From assembly GCA_965223845.1 (NCBI GenBank), contig CBDCXR010000004.1, positions 7,744,001 to 7,808,000 on the forward strand: a DNA stretch of 64,000 nucleotides. The letters run 5' to 3'. The DNA comes from Planctomycetota bacterium (lineage in GTDB: Bacteria; Planctomycetota; UBA8108; SXIK01). A program made the translations under genes and the position numbers. The notes under the pieces are model-generated. The model saw nothing but the letters and a program-made list of their open reading frames with translations, made no database searches and had not been told where the DNA came from. This document shows positions 11,192 to 21,090 of the stretch, in pieces (the stretch's first letter is position 1; each line of letters opens with the position of its first letter).

Positions 11192-13312
11192 ATGGGTTCT
11201 CCACGAATCTTCGCACTCATACTCGTTGTTCTCGCCGCCACACCGGCCGCGACTCGGGCGATCGAGCCGGTCGGCGGCTTCGCGGCGCCCCCTCTGACTC
11301 TCGTCGAGCCGACGCTGCGCGAGAAGCTGAGTCCCGACAAACTGGTGCTCGTCGACGGAGCGGAGATTAGAGGAAAGCTGCTCGAGGTCAATCGCCAGCG
11401 CGTTCGCATCCTCGTCGACCTCGAGGAAACGGCGATCCGCCGCAACGTGATTGAAGAGATCGACCGCGGTCTCGCGGCGAAGCGACGCTCCTACCTCGCC
11501 AAGCGGATCAAGGAAATCGAAAACGACCCGTCTGCGGAGGCGTGGCGAAAGTTTGCCAACTTTTGCCTCAAGGAAGAGGCGAAGCGAGGCTGGAACCTCG
11601 CCCCCGAGCGAAACCGCGCCCTCGATCGACTCCTCAAGGAGAAAAGCGACGACGCCAAGGCGCGCGAGGAAAAGGACTACGCGTTCCACCACGATGGGAC
11701 GTGGTGGGCGATCGGGATTCTCGCCGACTACAAGCTCGAAGGTGGGAGTCTCGTCGCCCGCGACGAAGCGAAGAAGAGCTCGACGGAGAAGAAGGGCGCG
11801 GGCGAGAAGGACGGCGGGTCGGGGACGAGCACCGTCGTCAAGAAGGCGGGTCCGCACCCGAAGAGCTACCGCTTGCTCGAGCGCAAAGAGATGTCACCGC
11901 GCAAGCTGCGCGAGCTCGAGGAATCCATCGCGGAGATGGTGAAGAACGCCGAGAAGGCGCGGGAGAAGCAGGACCTCGAATACGAAGGAGTCGAGTGGGA
12001 AGATCGCTACAAGATCCCGACCCGACATTTCGAGGTGCACTGCAACTCGACGCGCCGCATCGCCGTTCTTTACTCTCGCCTCATGGAGGCGATCCGCGCG
12101 GAGCTCGCTAAACGCTTCAAGAGCCCGATCGTCCGCAATCTCCGGGCGCCTGTGTTCATCTATAAGAGCCAGGAAGAGTTTATGGAGCAGGATCGCCTCG
12201 GGCGCTGGGCCGGGCGCGGTGTGGGCGGGTACTACATGCCGGTCAACCAGCAGGTCGTCGCGTTCCACGGGACGTTCGGGTTTACGGGCACGACGTTCAG
12301 CGTCCTCTGCCACGAGGGCACGCATTACTTTCAGGGGCTCGTCCTCAAGGGCGGGTTCGACAACGTGCCGATCTGGCTCATCGAAGGCCTCGCGGTCTAC
12401 TTCGGCGACGGCAGCACCTTCGACCCGAAGAGGGTGAAGATCGAAACGGGGAAGATCCCGCGGGACCGCCTCGTTCACATCCAGGAGAAGATGGAAGGCG
12501 GCTATCACACGCCCGTCGAGAAGCTCATCGCGATGAAGCGCGGCTGGGGCGGCTTCAGCGGCAGCCACTACGCCGACTCTTGGGCGCTGATTTACTACAT
12601 GGTTCACTCGGGAAAGAAGGGGCAGCAATTCCTCAACGAGTACTGGAAGATCGGGATCGAGCGCCTGCTCAAGAAGAAGGACTTCCGCACGCTCGCCGAG
12701 AAACACTACGGCTCGATCAAGGAGCTCGAGAAGGAGTACGTGAAGTACATCTTGGGGCTCCAGGTCCCCTCCGCCGGCGAGGTGAAGGGCGACTACTTCA
12801 TGAGCGACGTGTTCCGCTTCTTCGTGAAGAGTCCCGGCTCGGAGTGGAGATTCTTCGAAGACGGAGAAGACAAGAGCATGGTGGTCGGCACGCTCCTTCC
12901 GGATACGAGCGCCGAAGTGCGAATCTACTTCCGGAACAACATGGAGAATCAGGAGTCCGAGGATTACATGAAGAGCTACGTCGAGAGTCGCCGCGAGCGT
13001 TTCGGCCGCGTGCGCACCCGGGAGGTGACCATCAGCGGCCTTCCGGCGACGGAGCTCCGTTACGTGCACGACGGGAAGGAGCAGGGTCCCTCGACGCGCG
13101 TGGTCTTCGTCGACGGCAAGATCAAACAGATCAAGCGGCCGAAGAAGAAGAGTCGTGGGCCTCGCGAAGTCACCGAGTACGTCCTCGTGCAGATCGACGG
13201 CGTCGCCGTGATCGAGTGCTCGGCCGCCCAGGGGGAGGGGCGCAAGTTTCGCGAGCACTACGATGGCGTCCGGGCGAGCTTCACGCTCGACAACTCGACG
13301 CGGCGGTGGTGA
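11192..13312 (+). CDS. Secreted DUF1570-like zinc metallopeptidase-domain protein
   Basis: Signal peptide from ATG 11192; HEGTH plus downstream WLIEGLAVYF (gluzincin pattern); YADSWALIYYM. Confidence 0.7.
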   Translation: MGSPRIFALILVVLAATPAATRAIEPVGGFAAPPLTLVEPTLREKLSPDKLVLVDGAEIRGKLLEVNRQRVRILVDLEETAIRRNVIEEIDRGLAAKRRSYLAKRIKEIENDPSAEAWRKFANFCLKEEAKRGWNLAPERNRALDRLLKEKSDDAKAREEKDYAFHHDGTWWAIGILADYKLEGGSLVARDEAKKSSTEKKGAGEKDGGSGTSTVVKKAGPHPKSYRLLERKEMSPRKLRELEESIAEMVKNAEKAREKQDLEYEGVEWEDRYKIPTRHFEVHCNSTRRIAVLYSRLMEAIRAELAKRFKSPIVRNLRAPVFIYKSQEEFMEQDRLGRWAGRGVGGYYMPVNQQVVAFHGTFGFTGTTFSVLCHEGTHYFQGLVLKGGFDNVPIWLIEGLAVYFGDGSTFDPKRVKIETGKIPRDRLVHIQEKMEGGYHTPVEKLIAMKRGWGGFSGSHYADSWALIYYMVHSGKKGQQFLNEYWKIGIERLLKKKDFRTLAEKHYGSIKELEKEYVKYILGLQVPSAGEVKGDYFMSDVFRFFVKSPGSEWRFFEDGEDKSMVVGTLLPDTSAEVRIYFRNNMENQESEDYMKSYVESRRERFGRVRTREVTISGLPATELRYVHDGKEQGPSTRVVFVDGKIKQIKRPKKKSRGPREVTEYVLVQIDGVAVIECSAAQGEGRKFREHYDGVRASFTLDNSTRRW

Positions 13313-13468
13313 TCCCGCCGCGACCGCGGACGCGCGACGCGAGTTTTTTCGTGTTGCTCGCTCCGCCGGATCGCGGTTCATCGCTCGCGGATTGACACGC
13401 GCGGGCGGATCGGGCTTCTTGGGAGGTCCTATACCGTCCGTCCGTCCCCCGGGGAGCGATCGTCCGTC

Positions 13469-14617
13469 GTGAATCGCGAGTTGTTACCTGCCGTCGAGAT
13501 CCTCCGAGCCGAGCCTGGGGCGCGTCTCTCCCACGACGATTGGCGCCTCATCCTCGGACTCGATGCCGCCGGCGATCGAATCGCGCCTGCGTTCTCTCTC
13601 GCCGAGCTCGAGGAGCTCGCGGGACGCTTCCGCGAGCGACTCCATCCGGACCGTGTCGTCACGTACGTCGTCGACCGGAACATCAACTACTCGAACGTGT
13701 GCACCTCGATCTGCAATTTTTGCGCGTTCTACCGGAGCCCCGGCGAAGAGGGCGGATACGTCCTCGAGTACGAGGATATCTTTCGCAAGGTGGAGGAGAC
13801 GCTCGCACTCGGCGGAAGCGGTGTCCTCATGCAGGGAGGACTGCATCCGGACCTCCCGCTCGAGTGGTACACGAAGCTCCTCCGCGAATTGAAGCAGCGC
13901 TACGGTATTCATCTCCACTGCTTCTCTCCGACTGAGATCCTCGGTCTCATGGAGATCACGGGGCAGTCCGCGAAGGAGATTCTCGTCGCGCTCAAGGAGG
14001 CCGGTCTCGACTCCATGCCCGGCGGCGGCGGCGAGATCCTCATCGACGAAGTGCGGCGAAAGCGCCGCTCGAAGGTGAACTCCGAGGAGTGGCTCGACAT
14101 CATGGCCGCGGCGCAGGAGATCGGTCTTCCGACGACGGCGACGATGATGTTCGGCCACGGCGAACGGCTCGAGCACCGCCTCCAGCACCTCGAGAAGATC
14201 CGCGCGCTTCAGGATCGGACCGGCGGATTCGTGTCGTTCATCCCCTGGAACTTCCAGCCCGACAACACGCCGCTCGGACGCGTGGTCTCGGATCGCGTCG
14301 GTCCGGACGAGTACATTCTCTGGCTCTCGGTCGCGCGCCTCTACCTCGACAACATTCCGAATCTCCAGGTCTCGTGGCTCACGCAAGGGCTCGAGGTCGG
14401 CGAGCGCGCCCTCCGCGGCGGCGCGAACGATCTGGGGAGCACGATGATCGAGGAGAACGTGATCAAGCCCGCGGGTGCGGAGCACGAGGCAACGGAGGAC
14501 GTCCTGCGCCGAACGATCGTGAACGCAGGTTTCACTCCCTGCCTTCGAAACGCCGCGTACCGCCGACTCGGGACGCCGAATCTCGAGGAGGCGAGCTCGG
14601 GAACCGTCTCCTCGTGA
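13469..14617 (+). CDS. mqnC: Cyclic dehypoxanthine futalosine synthase (radical SAM, CofH/MqnC family)
   Basis: [58 protein letters not shown]. Confidence 0.9.
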   Translation: MNRELLPAVEILRAEPGARLSHDDWRLILGLDAAGDRIAPAFSLAELEELAGRFRERLHPDRVVTYVVDRNINYSNVCTSICNFCAFYRSPGEEGGYVLEYEDIFRKVEETLALGGSGVLMQGGLHPDLPLEWYTKLLRELKQRYGIHLHCFSPTEILGLMEITGQSAKEILVALKEAGLDSMPGGGGEILIDEVRRKRRSKVNSEEWLDIMAAAQEIGLPTTATMMFGHGERLEHRLQHLEKIRALQDRTGGFVSFIPWNFQPDNTPLGRVVSDRVGPDEYILWLSVARLYLDNIPNLQVSWLTQGLEVGERALRGGANDLGSTMIEENVIKPAGAEHEATEDVLRRTIVNAGFTPCLRNAAYRRLGTPNLEEASSGTVSS

Positions 14618-15705
14618 ATCGATTGCCGCTGGCGGAGGAACACACGACGGCCGGCGCTACGTGGGCGGCGGAGGACGGGCTCGATCTGCCGGCGAGCTAC
14701 GGTGACCCCGCGCGTGAGGCCGCCGCGGTGCGCGACGCGGCGGGCCTCGTCGACCTCTCTGAGCGCGGCGTGTTCCGAATCTCGGGCGCGGGCGCAGCGG
14801 AGACGCTCCACGGGCTCCTTTCGAGCTCGGTGAAGGATCTCGCCGCTCTGCGAGCGCAGCCGAGCTGCCTCCTCTCGGCGAAGGGGCGAGTCGTCGGCGC
14901 GTTCGATCTCCAGCGAACGGGCAAGGACGAGTTCCACGTCGCGATGCGCGAGCGGCCGCGGGCAGGGCTCTTCGCTGGACTCCAAAAGTACCTCTTCCTC
15001 AGCGATCTCGAGCTCGTCGACGTGAGCGCGGAGCTCGCAGTCGTCGCAATTCAGGGGCCGAGGGCCGACGCGCTCCTCTCGCGTGCGTCCGGAGGCCCGG
15101 GCGAGCTCGCGCCCGGGGCGATCGAGATCCGAACGATCGCGAGTGTCCCGTGCCGAGTGTCGACGGGCGGCGAGACGCCCGAGGGCGGCGTTTTCATCTG
15201 GGTGCCGCAGAGCGGGCTTGTCGACGTGTGGCGCGCGATTCGGAGCGCGTTCGTGGAGGGTGAGAACCTCGTGGGGCGCGAGGCGTACGAGGAGCTCCGG
15301 GTAGAGGCGGGCGCCGCGCGCTACGGGATCGACTACGACGAGGAGGCGTTCCCGAACGAGATCGGCTGGGACAGCGCGCTCTCGTACGACAAGTGCTACG
15401 TCGGCCAGGAGGTCGTCGCGCGGATGCGAACCTACGGCGAGGTCAATCGGAAGCTGCGAGGTCTCCTCTCGGACGACCGCGAGGTCGCGCGCGGCGCCCG
15501 CGTGCTCGCCGGAGACGACGAGATCGGCCTCGTCACCTCGAGTGTCCGCTCGAGTCGCCTCGCGCGGACACTCTCGCTCGCGCGCGTCAAACGACGATTC
15601 TGGGGCGAGCGCGAAGTCACGATCGAGACGGGGAACGGACGGACTCTCGCGGTGCAAACCGACTTGCCGTTTGTTCGGCTGGACGGTACCGAAGACGCGC
15701 GCTAA
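14614..15705 (+). CDS. ygfZ: YgfZ/GcvT-like folate-binding protein
   Basis: GTGA overlap with mqnC; [30 protein letters not shown]. Confidence 0.85.
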   Translation: MNRLPLAEEHTTAGATWAAEDGLDLPASYGDPAREAAAVRDAAGLVDLSERGVFRISGAGAAETLHGLLSSSVKDLAALRAQPSCLLSAKGRVVGAFDLQRTGKDEFHVAMRERPRAGLFAGLQKYLFLSDLELVDVSAELAVVAIQGPRADALLSRASGGPGELAPGAIEIRTIASVPCRVSTGGETPEGGVFIWVPQSGLVDVWRAIRSAFVEGENLVGREAYEELRVEAGAARYGIDYDEEAFPNEIGWDSALSYDKCYVGQEVVARMRTYGEVNRKLRGLLSDDREVARGARVLAGDDEIGLVTSSVRSSRLARTLSLARVKRRFWGEREVTIETGNGRTLAVQTDLPFVRLDGTEDAR

Positions 15706-15841
15706 GCTGCAGGATTCCCGTCTCGTCGCGGCGACCGTACGACTGCGAACGAGCGAGGTTCGGGGGAGTTCGAGTCGTCCCGGCCGACGACCTCCGCCCC
15801 GTGAATTGAGATCGAGCCGCCGCGGCGCGGAGGAACATGCG

Positions 15842-17167
15842 TTGATCGTCCTCAAGTTCGGAGGAACTTCCGTCGGGAACCCGGACGCGATCCGTCGCGT
15901 CGGCGAAATCATCCGCGGTTCGCTCCCGCGCCGGCCGCTGGTGGTCTCGTCTGCCGTGGGTGGACAGACGAACCGACTCTTCGCGATCGTCGAAGAGGCG
16001 GTCGGCGGCGGCGATTGGGAAACGGAGTTCGGGACGCTCGAGGACGTCCACCGCGAGATCCTGCGCAGTCTCCAGCTCGACGCCCGCCTCCTCGACGAGC
16101 TCCTCGGGGAGCTGAAGGGAGTGGTTCAAGGGATCGCTCTCCTCCGCGAACGCACCGAGCGAGCCAAGGATCTCTTCGTCAGCTTCGGCGAGCGATTGGC
16201 GGTTCGCATCCTCGCGGCGTACTTGCGCTCGGTTGGCGTCGAGGCCGAGGCCAAGGACGCGTTTGATATCGGTCTCATCACCGACCGCAACCACGGGCGC
16301 GCGCGGCCGGTCGAGGATGTCGACGCGCGGATACGTACCGCTCTCGAAGGAGTCGAAAGCGTCCCGATCGTGACCGGCTACATCGGGAAGAGCGAGTGCG
16401 GCGAGATCACAACGCTCGGACGCGGCGGGAGCGACTACACCGCGGCGATCTTTGGCGCGGCCCTCGACGCCGAGGAGATCCAAATCTGGACGGACGTCGA
16501 CGGCGTGATGACCGCCGACCCGCGCATCGTCGACGGCGCGCGTTTCCTCGAGCGGCTTTCGTTCGCCGAGGCGGCCGAGCTCGCGTTCTACGGCGCGAAG
16601 GTGATCCATCCGGCGACGATGGTTCCGGCGGTGCAAAAGAACGTCCCGATTCGCGTCTTGAACAGTTTCCGACCGGAGTTCGAAGGAACGCTGATCGTCG
16701 CGGATCCGAGCGAAGACGACCGCTGGCTGAAGTCGATCGCGAGCAAGGACCGCGTCTCGATCATCGACGTCGTCGCGGCGCGGATGCTGCTCCAGCCGGG
16801 GTTCATCAAGAAGATCGCCGACGTCTTCGCGAAGCGCGAAGTCGTAATCGACATGATCGCGACGAGCGAGGTCAGCGTGTCGATGACCGTCGACCCGAGC
16901 GCCGAATTGGATCTCGTCGAGCGCGATCTCAAGGAATTCTCGAAAGTGACGGTCAAGACCGGAATGTCACAGGTGAGTCTCGTCGGCGAAGGAATCTCAG
17001 AGCGCGTGGGCTTCGCGGCCGAGCTCTTCGAGATCGTGGGCGAGCTCGGGGTGAACGTCGAGATGATCTCGTTCGGAGCGACGCGGAACAACCTGAGCAT
17101 CGTGGTTCGGGAGGAGCACATTCGGGACGTGGTGTCGGCTTTGCATGCTCGGTTTTTCGAACGGTGA
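15842..17167 (+). CDS. lysC: Aspartate kinase
   Basis: TTG start after GGAGG; IVLKFGGTS, TTLGRGGSDYTA, IWTDVDGVMTADP, GAKVIHP, two ACT domains. Confidence 0.95.
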   Translation: MIVLKFGGTSVGNPDAIRRVGEIIRGSLPRRPLVVSSAVGGQTNRLFAIVEEAVGGGDWETEFGTLEDVHREILRSLQLDARLLDELLGELKGVVQGIALLRERTERAKDLFVSFGERLAVRILAAYLRSVGVEAEAKDAFDIGLITDRNHGRARPVEDVDARIRTALEGVESVPIVTGYIGKSECGEITTLGRGGSDYTAAIFGAALDAEEIQIWTDVDGVMTADPRIVDGARFLERLSFAEAAELAFYGAKVIHPATMVPAVQKNVPIRVLNSFRPEFEGTLIVADPSEDDRWLKSIASKDRVSIIDVVAARMLLQPGFIKKIADVFAKREVVIDMIATSEVSVSMTVDPSAELDLVERDLKEFSKVTVKTGMSQVSLVGEGISERVGFAAELFEIVGELGVNVEMISFGATRNNLSIVVREEHIRDVVSALHARFFER

Positions 17168-17179
17168 AGACGGGAAAAC

Positions 17180-17219
17180 TTCACACGAAGAGCGCGAAGC
17201 CGCGCGAAGAAAGACGAAG
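17180..17219 (+). repeat. CGAAG-periodic 40-bp intergenic repeat, copy A
   Basis: TTCACACGAAGAGCGCGAAGCCGCGCGAAGAAAGACGAAG; 34/40 identical to the reverse complement of copy B. Confidence 0.85.
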
Positions 17220-17296
17220 GCGGGAGCGAGTCGAAGAGGTGGGGAGTACCGAGGGACTCATTTCCCAAGTTCGTGAGAGTGGTGACGGTCGGAAGG

Positions 17297-17689
17297 TCAC
17301 CGCACGACTCGTTTGAGCCCATCGGATAAGCGCTGAACATTGAAGTTCATCAGCAACCCGACGGACAGCTTGGACAGCCGCAAATAGGTGATGAGTTGTG
17401 CCTCGTGGATCGGGAGAAGCCGCTCGACGCTCTTCAGCTCGACGACGAGCTCCCCGGCTACGACAAGGTCGGCGCGGTATCCGCAAGCGACTTTGGTTTC
17501 CTTGTATCGGAAAGGAATCGGCAGCTCCATCTCGAAGGGGATTCCTCTCCGCGCGAGTTCGTGACCGAGGCATTGCTGGTACGCCGATTCGAGGAGCCCC
17601 GGTCCAAGATTCCTGTGCACCTCGAGAGCGCAACCGATCACGTCGTGCGATAGAGATTCAAATTCAAAGCGATTCCCACGACGCCCCAC
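17297..17689 (-). CDS. GxxExxY protein (PD-(D/E)xK nuclease fold)
   Basis: EVHRNLGPGLLESAYQQCL (GxxExxY); YRADLVV...VVELKSV; HEAQLITYL; GLLMNFN. Confidence 0.93.
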   Translation of the reverse strand: MGRRGNRFEFESLSHDVIGCALEVHRNLGPGLLESAYQQCLGHELARRGIPFEMELPIPFRYKETKVACGYRADLVVAGELVVELKSVERLLPIHEAQLITYLRLSKLSVGLLMNFNVQRLSDGLKRVVR

Positions 17690-17760
17690 AGATCAACCTC
17701 TCTGCCAAATGATTTCGACCAGCGGCGCTTCCCCACGCACAGCCGCACGCACACTCACTC

Positions 17761-17790
17761 ACACACACACACACTCTCTCTCTCTCTCTC
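17761..17790. repeat. Compound microsatellite (AC)7(TC)8
   Basis: Directly visible; abuts repeat copy B. Confidence 0.95.
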
Positions 17791-17829
17791 TTCGTCTTCC
17801 TTCGCGCCCCTTCGCGTCCTTCGTGTAAA
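17790..17829 (-). repeat. CGAAG-periodic repeat, copy B
   Basis: Reverse complement TTTACACGAAGGACGCGAAGGGGCGCGAAGGAAGACGAAG. Confidence 0.85.
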
Positions 17830-17895
17830 CTCCCGACTAGACCCCGAGTAACCTTGAGACCGAAACCCACGCCCCGCAACCGCTAGACCCCCGAG

Positions 17896-19563
17896 ATGCG
17901 GATCGCCCTAGCCCAAATCAACACGACCGTAGCCGACTTCAAAGGCAACACCGAAGCCGTCGAGCAGGCCTTAGCTCGCGCGCGCGCGGAAGGCGTCGAC
18001 CTCGTCGTGTTTCCCGAGCAAACGCTCCCGGGCTACCCGGCCGAAGATCTTCTCGAACGTCCCGATTTCTGGGTTGCCGCCGACGAGGCTCTCGAGCGCG
18101 TCGTCGCGAGCTGCCACGGCGTCGCGGCGCTCGTGGGCTCGCTTCGACGCGCGGGGAGCGGCGAAGGGAATCCCATCCACAACGCCGCGTTTCTCATCGA
18201 CGACGGCGAGATCGTCGCCGCGTACGACAAGCGACTTCTTCCGACCTACGACGTCTTTGACGAAGGCCGTTACTTTCGCCCGGGACGCGAATCCGCGGTC
18301 GTAGAGCTCCGCGGACACAAAGTCGGACTCGCGGTTTGCGAAGACCTTTGGAACGATCCGAGCTTCTGGTGCGAGCGTCGCTACGACGTCGACCCAATCG
18401 AGGATCTCGCTCGCGCCGGCGCCGAAGTCATCGTCGCGGTCTCGGCGTCGCCCTACAGCCTCGGCCGAACGTCGCTTCGCTACGACATGCTGAGGAGCTC
18501 CGCGGCGAAGCACGGCATCGCCATCGCGATGACGAATCTCGTCGGCGGGAATACAACTCTCGTCTTCGACGGGGCCAGCTTCGCGGTCAACGCGAACGGC
18601 GATCCCGTCGCGATCGCTCCGTCGTTCGAGGAGGCGGTCGAGATCTTCGATCTGGGGGGCGAGCCGCTGTCCGATGTGCCCCGGTCGTTCACGGCCGGAT
18701 CGGCTCGCGACGACAGTGCTCTCGTGGAGGAGGTCTACCGCGCTCTCGTGCTCGGCGTCCGGGACTACATGGAGAAGAGCGGGTTCGAGCGCGCGGTCCT
18801 CGGATTGAGCGGCGGCATCGACTCGGCGCTCACCGCGGCGGTCGCAGTCGACGCGATAGGACACGATCGCGTCCTCGGCGTCTCTCTCCCGTCGCGGTAC
18901 TCCTCCGAGGGAAGCATCGCCGACGCGGAAGCGCTCGCGCGAAACCTCGGCATCGAGCACCACACTCTTTCGATCGAAGATCTCTTCTCGTCGAGCCTTC
19001 GCACACTCGAGCCGCTATTCGAAGGAACCGATCCGGGCATCGCCGAAGAGAACATCCAAGCGCGCGCCCGCGGATTGCTGCTGATGGCGATCTCGAACAA
19101 GTTCGGCTCGCTCCTCCTCACGACCGGGAATAAAAGTGAGCTGGCCGTCGGTTACTGCACCCTCTACGGCGACATGTCGGGCGGGCTCGCGGTGATTTCA
19201 GACGTCCCGAAAACGCTTGTCTACCGCATTTGCGAGTGGCTGAATCGCGAGCGGGAGATCATTCCCGCGAGCACCATCGAAAAACCGCCGTCGGCGGAGC
19301 TGCGGCCCGACCAGACGGATCAGGACAGCCTGCCGCCTTACGACATCCTCGACTCGATCCTCGAATGCTACGTCGAGGAGCACGAGAGCGCGGACGAAAT
19401 CGTCGCCCGTGGATTCGAGCGCACGGTCGTCGAGGATGTGATTCGGCTCGTCGATCGGAACGAATACAAGCGAAAGCAAGCGGCGCCGGGGCTTCGGATT
19501 ACTTCGAAGGCGTTCGGGCCGGGGCGGCGGGTTCCGATTGTTCAGCGGTTTCGGCGGGTGTAG
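17896..19563 (+). CDS. nadE: Glutamine-dependent NAD+ synthetase
   Basis: N-terminal nitrilase domain (VFPE, KRLLPTYDVFDE, CEDLW); GLSGGIDS, TTGNKSE, KPPSAEL, NEYKR. Confidence 0.96.
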   Translation: MRIALAQINTTVADFKGNTEAVEQALARARAEGVDLVVFPEQTLPGYPAEDLLERPDFWVAADEALERVVASCHGVAALVGSLRRAGSGEGNPIHNAAFLIDDGEIVAAYDKRLLPTYDVFDEGRYFRPGRESAVVELRGHKVGLAVCEDLWNDPSFWCERRYDVDPIEDLARAGAEVIVAVSASPYSLGRTSLRYDMLRSSAAKHGIAIAMTNLVGGNTTLVFDGASFAVNANGDPVAIAPSFEEAVEIFDLGGEPLSDVPRSFTAGSARDDSALVEEVYRALVLGVRDYMEKSGFERAVLGLSGGIDSALTAAVAVDAIGHDRVLGVSLPSRYSSEGSIADAEALARNLGIEHHTLSIEDLFSSSLRTLEPLFEGTDPGIAEENIQARARGLLLMAISNKFGSLLLTTGNKSELAVGYCTLYGDMSGGLAVISDVPKTLVYRICEWLNREREIIPASTIEKPPSAELRPDQTDQDSLPPYDILDSILECYVEEHESADEIVARGFERTVVEDVIRLVDRNEYKRKQAAPGLRITSKAFGPGRRVPIVQRFRRV

Positions 19564-19585
19564 CCCGGCGACCGGAAGAAGAGAT

Positions 19586-19624
19586 TGCACACGAAGAGCG
19601 CGAAGGACGCGAAGGAAGAGGAAG
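19586..19624 (+). repeat. CGAAG-periodic repeat, copy C
   Basis: TGCACACGAAGAGCGCGAAGGACGCGAAGGAAGAGGAAG; shares an exact 18-mer with copy A. Confidence 0.85.
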
Positions 19625-19824
19625 GGGAAAGACCGGGAGAACGGAAAGCGTGGGGAGCTAAGAAGTCGGGAGAGGAGAAACACGGATCGCATCCAGCCTC
19701 TCCGTTTCGACTACGCCGCAGCCTCCACACTCGCGGCTGACTTTCTTCCGTAGTCGCGGGTATCATGATCGGACGACCGACTCCGAGTTCGGTCGCGAGA
19801 TTCCGGTGGGTGGTTCTTTCGGCT

Positions 19825-21075
19825 GTGAAACCGATCGTCTTCATCAGTCACAGTACGGCGGAAGCGGACGCGGCGGGGCGAACGTGGATCGAAACGCTCT
19901 GCACGCGGCTCGAGGGTGCCGGTTACGACCCCAAGGTCGATTTTCGCGATATCGATGCCGGGCACGACTGGAACTCCGACATCGACGAGTGGATGGACGA
20001 GTGCCACGCCGCCGTCCTTCTTCTCTCGGAGCGCGCGCTTCGCTCGGAGTGGGTGAGGAAGGAAGTGACGATCCTCATCTGGCGGCTCGGTCGCGAGAAG
20101 GAATTTAGCGTGCTTCCGTTTCTTGCTCCGGATTTGGGGAGCAATCGGGACGAGAAACTCGCCGCGCTGAGGGCTGCGTATCCGGCCCTCTTCCTCGACC
20201 GAATTCAGATGAAGGAAGGTCTCGATCACGACGCGATCACGCAGACGGTTCGCGACGAGGTCACACAGCCGTACGAAGATACGCCGTTTGAGAAACTCGT
20301 CGAGTATCTAACGGTCCGCATCAAGGAGTGCGACGCCACGCTCCTCGATCGTCTCGTCGTCGATCTCGGCCGTACCCCTCCCGGATGGCGCGCGGGCAAG
20401 GACAGCTCGGAGCGGTGCGCCGACGTCATCGCGCGCTGCGCTCTCCACGGCGAGTGGGGCAACCTCGCGAATGGTCTCGCCGACCTCGACGAGCGACTCC
20501 AACAGGGACGGGTCGACGCGAGTGGACGTTCCGAGATCCTTCACGCGCTCTCGCCGCTCTGGGTTCCGGCCGACGCCTCCGCCGGACTTTCCGCGACGGA
20601 CGCCTCTGCGGATCGGTGGGCCGTCGCGCTGAACGGTGAGTACGTTCTCCTCTACACGTCGCTCATGTACATCGAGCGTGCGTACCCGCTCGTCCAGCAG
20701 AAGCGCTGCTGCGTTGTCGAGCATCTCCAGCAGGGAGGGGATCAGCTCGTCGAGCTCAGAGCGCGAATTTGGGAAGTTCTCGAGACGGAATTTCCCCGTC
20801 GCTCTCGCGAACGAATCGTCGATCGGCTCAGGCGTCGGTCACAGCCGATCTTCATCACGATTCCGTCGTTTGAATGGGGGGACAAGATCGATCAGACACT
20901 GAGCGCGCTCGAGAGCGATTTTCCTAACGTGACGTTCGTCCTCGACACGGGCCGTGAGCAGCCTGGCACTCCCGCTCCGCGAGGGACCCAGTTCCTCGAT
21001 CCGCCGGTCGACCTCGACCGTGAGGCGAACAATCTCGACTTGTACGAAAACGTAAAAGATGCGATTGGCCTTTGA
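19825..21075 (+). CDS. TIR-domain protein with uncharacterised C-terminal region (MoxR-vWA-associated; possibly iSTAND/VMAP-like)
   Basis: VFISHS, DIDAGHDW, AVLLLSERALRSEWVRKEV (TIR_2 with catalytic-type Glu); GTG 19825 preferred over ATG 19765. Confidence 0.8.
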   Translation: MKPIVFISHSTAEADAAGRTWIETLCTRLEGAGYDPKVDFRDIDAGHDWNSDIDEWMDECHAAVLLLSERALRSEWVRKEVTILIWRLGREKEFSVLPFLAPDLGSNRDEKLAALRAAYPALFLDRIQMKEGLDHDAITQTVRDEVTQPYEDTPFEKLVEYLTVRIKECDATLLDRLVVDLGRTPPGWRAGKDSSERCADVIARCALHGEWGNLANGLADLDERLQQGRVDASGRSEILHALSPLWVPADASAGLSATDASADRWAVALNGEYVLLYTSLMYIERAYPLVQQKRCCVVEHLQQGGDQLVELRARIWEVLETEFPRRSRERIVDRLRRRSQPIFITIPSFEWGDKIDQTLSALESDFPNVTFVLDTGREQPGTPAPRGTQFLDPPVDLDREANNLDLYENVKDAIGL

Positions 21076-21090
21076 AGCCTAGAGGTCCTC

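Noticed and set aside
13392-13420. TTGACA upstream of mqnC as a promoter
   Set aside because: No credible -10 element at 16-18 bp spacing
17664-17879. 71-aa ORF with RERERVCVCV
   Set aside because: Translation of the microsatellite and repeat B; no coding support
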